NCBI GenBank assembly: GCA_964057225.1
Contig: OZ059900.1
Span: 25,110,001 to 25,174,000 of the forward strand
Direction of reading: 5' to 3'
DNA from: Auanema rhodensis
Lineage: Eukaryota > Animalia > Nematoda
Length of the DNA stretch: 64,000 nt
Part shown: piece by piece, positions 56,101 through 64,000 of the stretch
Numbering within the stretch: the stretch's first letter is position 1
Layout: the number at the start of each line of letters is the position of its first letter
Made by a program: the position numbers and the translations under genes
The notes under the pieces: generated by a model
What the model was told of the DNA's origin: nothing
Database searches by the model: none
Seen by the model: the letters and a program-made list of their open reading frames with translations, nothing else

Positions 56101-59100
56101 TATGAACAAAAATCGATTTAATCAATATTAGCCATAAGGGGCGTGCCCTCAGAATATGCTAATTTCCTTAATTTTCTAACCCCTGTTTTTTTGTCGTGAA
56201 AGTGGAACTAGACGTTGTACGAACAATTTTGAGCTAGGTTTCATTGACATTGCATGAGTTTGAACACATGAAATCGTAAGTCAAAACCTTGTTTACAGCG
56301 AAATTTCCAAAAACTGGTTTTCCAGCATAATAAAATATTTCTCATGGGAAATACTGTGTTTTTGTATTTTTCTAGTGTTCAGCATGTAAAATGCTTCATT
56401 TTAGTATGTAACACGCTGAAATTCGTTGCATTTGACGACTCATATGAACAAAAATCGATTTAATCAATATTAGCCATAAGGGGCGTGCCCTCAGAATATG
56501 CTAATTTCCTTAATTTTCTAACCCCTGTTTTTTTGTCGTGAAAGTGGAACTAGACGTTGTACGAACAATTTTGAGCTAGGTTTCATTGACATTGCATGAG
56601 TTTGAACACATGAAATCGTAAGTCAAAACCTTGTTTACAGCGAAATTTCCAAAAACTGGTTTTCCAGCATAATAAAATATTTCTCATGGGAAATACAGTG
56701 TTTTTGTATTTTTTTAGTGTTCAGCATGTAAAATGCGTCATTTTAGTATGTAAAACGCTGAAATTCGTTGCATTTGACGACTCATATGAACAAAAATCGA
56801 TTTTATCAATATTAGCCATAAGGGGCGTGCCCTCAGAATATGCTAATTTCCTTAATTTTCTAACCCCTGTTTTTTTGTCGTGAAAGTGGAACTAGACGTT
56901 GTACGAACAATTTTGAGCTAGGTTTCATTGACATTGCATGAGTTTGAACACATGAAATCGTAAGTCAAAACCTTGTTTACAGCGAAATTTCCAAAAACTG
57001 GTTTTCCAGCATAATACAATATTTCTCATGGGAAATACTGTGTTTTTGTATTTTTCTAGTGTTCAGAATGTAGAATGCTTCATTTTAGTACGTAACACGC
57101 TGAAATTCGTTGCATTTGACGACTCATATGAACAAAAATCGATTTAATCAATATTAGCCATAAGGGGCGTGCCCTCAGAATATGCTAATTTCCTTAATTT
57201 TCTAACCCCTGTTTTTTTGTCGTGAAAGTGGAACTAGACGTTGTACGAACAATTTTGAGCTAGGTTTCATTGACATTGCATGAGTTTGAACACATGAAAT
57301 CGTAAGTCAAAACCTTGTTTACAGCGAAATTTCCAAAAACTGGTTTTCCAGCATAATAAAATATTTCTCATGGGAAATACTGTGTTTTTGTATTTTTCTA
57401 GTGTTCAGCATGTAAAATGCTTCATTTTAGTATGTAACACGCTGAAATTCGTTGCATTTGACGACTCATATGAACAAAAATCGATTTAATCAATATTAGC
57501 CATAAGGGGCGTGCCCTCAGAATATGCTAATTTCCTTAATTTTCTAACCCCTGTTTTTTTGTCGTGAAAGTGGAACTAGACGTTGTACGAACAATTTTGA
57601 GCTAGGTTTCATTGACATTGCATGAGTTTGAACACATGAAATCGTAAGTCAAAACCTTGTTTACAGCGAAATTTCCAAAAACTGGTTTTCCAGCATAATA
57701 AAATATTTCTCATGGGAAATACAGTGTTTTTGTATTTTTTTAGTGTTCAGCATGTAAAATGCGTCATTTTAGTATGTAAAACGCTGAAATTCGTTGCATT
57801 TGACGACTCATATGAACAAAAATCGATTTTATCAATATTAGCCATAAGGGGCGTGCCCTCAGAATATGCTAATTTCCTTAATTTTCTAACCCCTGTTTTT
57901 TTGTCGTGAAAGTGGAACTAGACGTTGTACGAACAATTTTGAGCTAGGTTTCATTGACATTGCATGAGTTTGAACACATGAAATCGTAAGTCAAAACCTT
58001 GTTTACAGCGAAATTTCCAAAAACTGGTTTTCCAGCATAATAAAATATTTCTCAAGGGAAAAACTGTGTTTTTATATTTTTCTAGTGTTCAGCATGTGAA
58101 ATGCTTAACTTTAGTATGTAACACGCTGAAATTCGTTGCATTTGACGACTCATATGAACAAAAATCGATTTAATCAATATTAGCCATAAGGGGCGTGCCC
58201 TCAGAATATGCTAATTTCCTTAATTTTCTAACCCCTGTTTTTTTGTCGTGAAAGTGGAACTAGACGTTGTACGAACAATTTTGAGCTAGGTTTCATTGAC
58301 ATTGCATGAGTTTGAACACATGAAATCGTAAGTCAAAACCTTGTTTACAGCGAAATTTCCAAAAACTGGTTTTCCAGCATAATAAAATATTTCTCATGGG
58401 AAATACTGTGTTTTTGTATTTTTCTAGTGTTCAGCATGTAAAATGCTTCATTTTAGTATGTAACACGCTGAAATTCGTTGCATTTGACGACTCATATGAA
58501 CAAAAATCGATTTAATCAATATTAGCCATAAGGGGCGTGCCCTCAGAATATGCTAATTTCCTTAATTTTCTAACCCCTGTTTTTTTGTCGTGAAAGTGGA
58601 ACTAGACGTTGTACGAACAATTTTGAGCTAGGTTTCATTGACATTGCATGAGTTTGAACACATGAAATCGTAAGTCAAAACCTTGTTTACAGCGAAATTT
58701 CCAAAAACTGGTTTTCCAGCATAATAAAATATTTCTCATGGGAAATACAGTGTTTTTGTATTTTTTTAGTGTTCAGCATGTAAAATGCGTCATTTTAGTA
58801 TGTAAAACGCTGAAATTCGTTGCATTTGACGACTCATATGAACAAAAATCGATTTTATCAATATTAGCCATAAGGGGCGTGCCCTCAGAATATGCTAATT
58901 TCCTTAATTTTCTAACCCCTGTTTTTTTGTCGTGAAAGTGGAACTAGACGTTGTACGAACAATTTTGAGCTAGGTTTCATTGACATTGCATGAGTTTGAA
59001 CACATGAAATCGTAAGTCAAAACCTTGTTTACAGCGAAATTTCCAAAAACTGGTTTTCCAGCATAATACAATATTTCTCATGGGAAATACTGTGTTTTTG

Positions 59101-62100
59101 TATTTTTCTAGTGTTCAGAATGTAGAATGCTTCATTTTAGTACGTAACACGCTGAAATTCGTTGCATTTGACGACTCATATGAACAAAAATCGATTTAAT
59201 CAATATTAGCCATAAGGGGCGTGCCCTCAGAATATGCTAATTTCCTTAATTTTCTAACCCCTGTTTTTTTGTCGTGAAAGTGGAACTAGACGTTGTACGA
59301 ACAATTTTGAGCTAGGTTTCATTGACATTGCATGAGTTTGAACACATGAAATCGTAAGTCAAAACCTTGTTTACAGCGAAATTTCCAAAAACTGGTTTTC
59401 CAGCATAATAAAATATTTCTCATGGGAAATACTGTGTTTTTGTATTTTTCTAGTGTTCAGCATGTAAAATGCTTCATTTTAGTATGTAACACGCTGAAAT
59501 TCGTTGCATTTGACGACTCATATGAACAAAAATCGATTTAATCAATATTAGCCATAAGGGGCGTGCCCTCAGAATATGCTAATTTCCTTAATTTTCTAAC
59601 CCCTGTTTTTTTGTCGTGAAAGTGGAACTAGACGTTGTACGAACAATTTTGAGCTAGGTTTCATTGACATTGCATGAGTTTGAACACATGAAATCGTAAG
59701 TCAAAACCTTGTTTACAGCGAAATTTCCAAAAACTGGTTTTCCAGCATAATAAAATATTTCTCATGGGAAATACAGTGTTTTTGTATTTTTTTAGTGTTC
59801 AGCATGTAAAATGCGTCATTTTAGTATGTAAAACGCTGAAATTCGTTGCATTTGACGACTCATATGAACAAAAATCGATTTTATCAATATTAGCCATAAG
59901 GGGCGTGCCCTCAGAATATGCTAATTTCCTTAATTTTCTAACCCCTGTTTTTTTGTCGTGAAAGTGGAACTAGACGTTGTACGAACAATTTTGAGCTAGG
60001 TTTCATTGACATTGCATGAGTTTGAACACATGAAATCGTAAGTCAAAACCTTGTTTACAGCGAAATTTCCAAAAACTGGTTTTCCAGCATAATACAATAT
60101 TTCTCATGGGAAATACTGTGTTTTTGTATTTTTCTAGTGTTCAGAATGTAGAATGCTTCATTTTAGTACGTAACACGCTGAAATTCGTTGCATTTGACGA
60201 CTCATATGAACAAAAATCGATTTAATCAATATTAGCCATAAGGGGCGTGCCCTCAGAATATGCTAATTTCCTTAATTTTCTAACCCCTGTTTTTTTGTCG
60301 TGAAAGTGGAACTAGACGTTGTACGAACAATTTTGAGCTAGGTTTCATTGACATTGCATGAGTTTGAACACATGAAATCGTAAGTCAAAACCTTGTTTAC
60401 AGCGAAATTTCCAAAAACTGGTTTTCCAGCATAATAAAATATTTCTCATGGGAAATACTGTGTTTTTGTATTTTTCTAGTGTTCAGCATGTAAAATGCTT
60501 CATTTTAGTATGTAACACGCTGAAATTCGTTGCATTTGACGACTCATATGAACAAAAATCGATTTAATCAATATTAGCCATAAGGGGCGTGCCCTCAGAA
60601 TATGCTAATTTCCAAAATTTTCTAACCCCTGTTTTTTTGTCGTGAAAGTGGAACTAGACGTTGTACGAACAATTTTGAGCTAGGTTTCATTGACATTGCA
60701 TGAGTTTGAACACATGAAATCGTAAGTCAAAACCTTGTTTACAGCGAAATTTCCAAAAACTGGTTTTCCAGCATAATAAAATATTTCTCATGGGAAATAC
60801 TGTGTTTTTGTATTTTTATAGTGTTCAGCATGTAAAATGCTTCATTTTAGTATGTAACACGCTGAAATTCGTTGCATTTGACGACTCATATGAACAAAAA
60901 TCGATTTAATCAATATTAGCCATAAGGGGCGTGCCCTCAGAATATGCTAATTTCCTTAATTTTCTAACCCCTGTTTTTTTGTCGTGAAAGTGGAACTAGA
61001 CGTTGTACGAACAATTTTGAGCTAGGTTTCATTGACATTGCATGAGTTGGAACACATGAAATCGTAAGTCAAAACCTTGTTTACAGCGAAATTTCCAAAA
61101 ACTGGTTTTCCAGCATAATAAAATATTTCTCATGGGAAATACTGTGTTTTTGTATTTTTCTAGTGTTCAGCATGTAAAATGCTTCATTTTAGTATGTAAC
61201 ACGCTGAAATTCGTTGCATTTGACGACTCATATGAACAAAAATCGATTTAATCAATATTAGCCATAAGGGGCGTGCCCTCAGAATATGCTAATTTCCTTA
61301 ATTTTCTAACCCCTGTTTTTTTGTCGTGAAAGTGGAACTAGACGTTGTACGAACAATTTTGAGCTAGGTTTCATTGACATTGCATGAGTTTGAACACATG
61401 AAATCGTAAGTCAAAACCTTGTTTACAGCGAAATTTCCAAAAACTGGTTTTCCAGCATAATAAAATATTTCTCATGGGAAATACAGTGTTTTTGTATTTT
61501 TTTAGTGTTCAGCATGTAAAATGCGTCATTTTAGTATGTAAAACGCTGAAATTCGTTGCATTTGACGACTCATATGAACAAAAATCGATTTTATCAATAT
61601 TAGCCATAAGGGGCGTGCCCTCAGAATATGCTAATTTCCTTAATTTTCTAACCCCTGTTTTTTTGTCGTGAAAGTGGAACTAGACGTTGTACGAACAATT
61701 TTGAGCTAGGTTTCATTGACATTGCATGAGTTTGAACACATGAAATCGTAAGTCAAAACCTTGTTTACAGCGAAATTTCCAAAAACTGGTTTTCCAGCAT
61801 AATACAATATTTCTCATGGGAAATACTGTGTTTTTGTATTTTTCTAGTGTTCAGAATGTAGAATGCTTCATTTTAGTACGTAACACGCTGAAATTCGTTG
61901 CATTTGACGACTCATATGAACAAAAATCGATTTAATCAATATTAGCCATAAGGGGCGTGCCCTCAGAATATGCTAATTTCCTTAATTTTCTAACCCCTGT
62001 TTTTTTGTCGTGAAAGTGGAACTAGACGTTGTACGAACAATTTTGAGCTAGGTTTCATTGACATTGCATGAGTTTGAACACATGAAATCGTAAGTCAAAA

Positions 62101-64000
62101 CCTTGTTTACAGCGAAATTTCCAAAAACTGGTTTTCCAGCATAATAAAATATTTCTCATGGGAAATACTGTGTTTTTGTATTTTTCTAGTGTTCAGCATG
62201 TAAAATGCTTCATTTTAGTATGTAACACGCTGAAATTCGTTGCATTTGACGACTCATATGAACAAAAATCGATTTAATCAATATTAGCCATAAGGGGCGT
62301 GCCCTCAGAATATGCTAATTTCCTTAATTTTCTAACCCCTGTTTTTTTGTCGTGAAAGTGGAACTAGACGTTGTACGAACAATTTTGAGCTAGGTTTCAT
62401 TGACATTGCATGAGTTTGAACACATGAAATCGTAAGTCAAAACCTTGTTTACAGCGAAATTTCCAAAAACTGGTTTTCCAGCATAATAAAATATTTCTCA
62501 TGGGAAATACAGTGTTTTTGTATTTTTTTAGTGTTCAGCATGTAAAATGCGTCATTTTAGTATGTAAAACGCTGAAATTCGTTGCATTTGACGACTCATA
62601 TGAACAAAAATCGATTTTATCAATATTAGCCATAAGGGGCGTGCCCTCAGAATATGCTAATTTCCTTAATTTTCTAACCCCTGTTTTTTTGTCGTGAAAG
62701 TGGAACTAGACGTTGTACGAACAATTTTGAGCTAGGTTTCATTGACATTGCATGAGTTTGAACACATGAAATCGTAAGTCAAAACCTTGTTTACAGCGAA
62801 ATTTCCAAAAACTGGTTTTCCAGCATAATAAAATATTTCTCATGGGAAATACTGTGTTTTTGTATTTTTCTAGTGTTCAGCATGTAAAATGCTTCATTTT
62901 AGTATGTAACACGCTGAAATTCGTTGCATTTGACGACTCATATGAACAAAAATCGATTTAATCAATATTAGCCATAAGGGGCGTGCCCTCAGAATATGCT
63001 AATTTCCTTAATTTTCTAACCCCTGTTTTTTTGTCGTGAAAGTGGAACTAGACGTTGTACGAACAATTTTGAGCTAGGTTTCATTGACATTGCATGAGTT
63101 TGAACACATGAAATCGTAAGTCAAAACCTTGTTTACAGCGAAATTTCCAAAAACTGGTTTTCCAGCATAATAAAATATTTCTCATGGGAAATACTGTGTT
63201 TTTGTATTTTTCTAGTGTTCAGCATGTAAAATGCTTCATTTTAGTATATAGCACACTGAAATTTGTTGCATTTGACGACTCATATGAACAAAAATTGATT
63301 TTATCAATATTAGCCATAAGGGGCGTGCCCTCAGAATATGCTAATTTCCTTAATTTTCTAACCCCTGTTTTTTTGTCGTGAAAGTGGAACTAGACGTTGT
63401 ACGAACAATTTTGAGCTAGGTTTCATTGACAATGCATGAGTTTGAACACATGAAATCGTAAGTCAAAACCTTGTTTACAGCGAAATTTCCAAAAACTGGT
63501 TTTCCAGCATAATAAAATATTTCTCATGGGAAATACAGTGTTTTTGTATTTTTTTAGTGTTCAGCATGTAAAATGCGTCATTTTAGTATGTAAAACGCTG
63601 AAATTCGTTGCATTTGACGACTCATATGAACAAAAATCGATTTTATCAATATTAGCCATAAGGGGCGTGCCCTCAGAATATGCTAATTTCCTTAATTTTC
63701 TAACCCCTGTTTTTTTGTCGTGAAAGTGGAACTAGACGTTGTACGAACAATTTTGAGCTAGGTTTCATTGACATTGCATGAGTTTGAACACATGAAATCG
63801 TAAGTCAAAACCTTGTTTACAGCGAAATTTCCAAAAACTGGTTTTCCAGCATAATAAAATATTTCTCAAGGGAAAAACTGTGTTTTTATATTTTTCTAGT
63901 GTTCAGCATGTGAAATGCTTAATTTTAGTATGTAACACGCTGAAATTCGTTGCATTTGACGACTCATATGAACAAAAATCGATTTAATCAATATTAGCCA
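23120..64000. repeat. Domain 3: 3-monomer HOR (1026 bp; B-D-E or B-F-E) with interruptions
   Basis: The B monomer (acagtg/gcgtc/aaaacg/gatttta) recurs every 1026 bp, for example ORF starts 51556, 52582, 53608 ... 59764. It is followed by D (tacaa/gaatgtag/gtacg) or F (aaggg/gtgaaatgcttaac), then by plain E. Confidence 0.88.
30986..31287 (+). other. Truncated 302-bp monomer carrying a 40-bp internal deletion
   Basis: It reads tttccAAAAACTGtgttttt, where the intact F monomer (32998) reads tttccAAAAACTGgttttccagcataataaaatatttctcaagggAAAAACTGtgttttt. ORF spacing 30734->31720 is 986 = 1026-40. Confidence 0.97.

Larger units (their letters stand above)
1..64000. repeat. 342-bp AT-rich satellite DNA tandem array (~187 monomers), probably centromeric or pericentromeric; runs off both window ends
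   Basis: The anchor ATGAGTTTGAACACATG recurs at 207, 549, 891, 1233 and onward every 342 bp. ORF-track starts differ by multiples of 342, with phase shifts of -1 after ~8010 and a further -40 after ~31045. No non-repeat sequence or inversion was seen. The centromeric assignment is inference from length, AT content and homogeneity only. Confidence 0.99.

Noticed and set aside
207-63723. About 70 short ORFs (61-95 aa; MSLNTC..., MGNTVFLYF...) as a multicopy gene family
   Set aside because: They are a single frame of the satellite, opened or closed by SNPs (TGA/TGC, TAA/TTA). Most monomers carry stops, the F/L/K/N-rich composition reflects AT-rich DNA, and I recognise no domain.
1-64000. CRISPR array or diversity-generating cassette system
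   Set aside because: There are no unique spacers and no cas, reverse transcriptase or recombinase genes. Variation is limited to a few shared SNPs inherited in blocks.
1-64000. Tandem 5S rRNA, tRNA, snRNA or spliced-leader gene array
   Set aside because: I found no recognisable 5S, tRNA cloverleaf, Pol III A/B box or snRNA sequence on either strand by eye. An Rfam/Infernal scan of a doubled monomer would settle it.

Overview
The whole 64 kb window is a single uninterrupted head-to-tail tandem array of an AT-rich satellite monomer, 342 bp long and about 34% GC by hand count of one monomer. There are about 187 copies, all in the same orientation, and they differ from each other by only a few substitutions. 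I see no genes, RNA genes, transposon insertions or CRISPR spacers; every ORF in the track is a chance reading frame recurring at the monomer period. This most likely comes from a eukaryotic centromeric or pericentromeric satellite block, but I cannot name the family or organism. The informative structure lies in the order of monomer variants, which I typed by eye. (1) 1-12175 holds a variable higher-order repeat (HOR) with 15-, 8- and 12-monomer copies. (2) 12176-23119 is an irregular domain with its own private variants. (3) 23120-64000 is dominated by a 3-monomer (1026 bp) HOR nested in roughly 10-14 kb super-repeats. Only two length changes are seen: a 1-bp loss in a T-run near 8010 and a 40-bp microhomology-flanked deletion near 31045. 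I found no evidence for a novel gene-encoded system.
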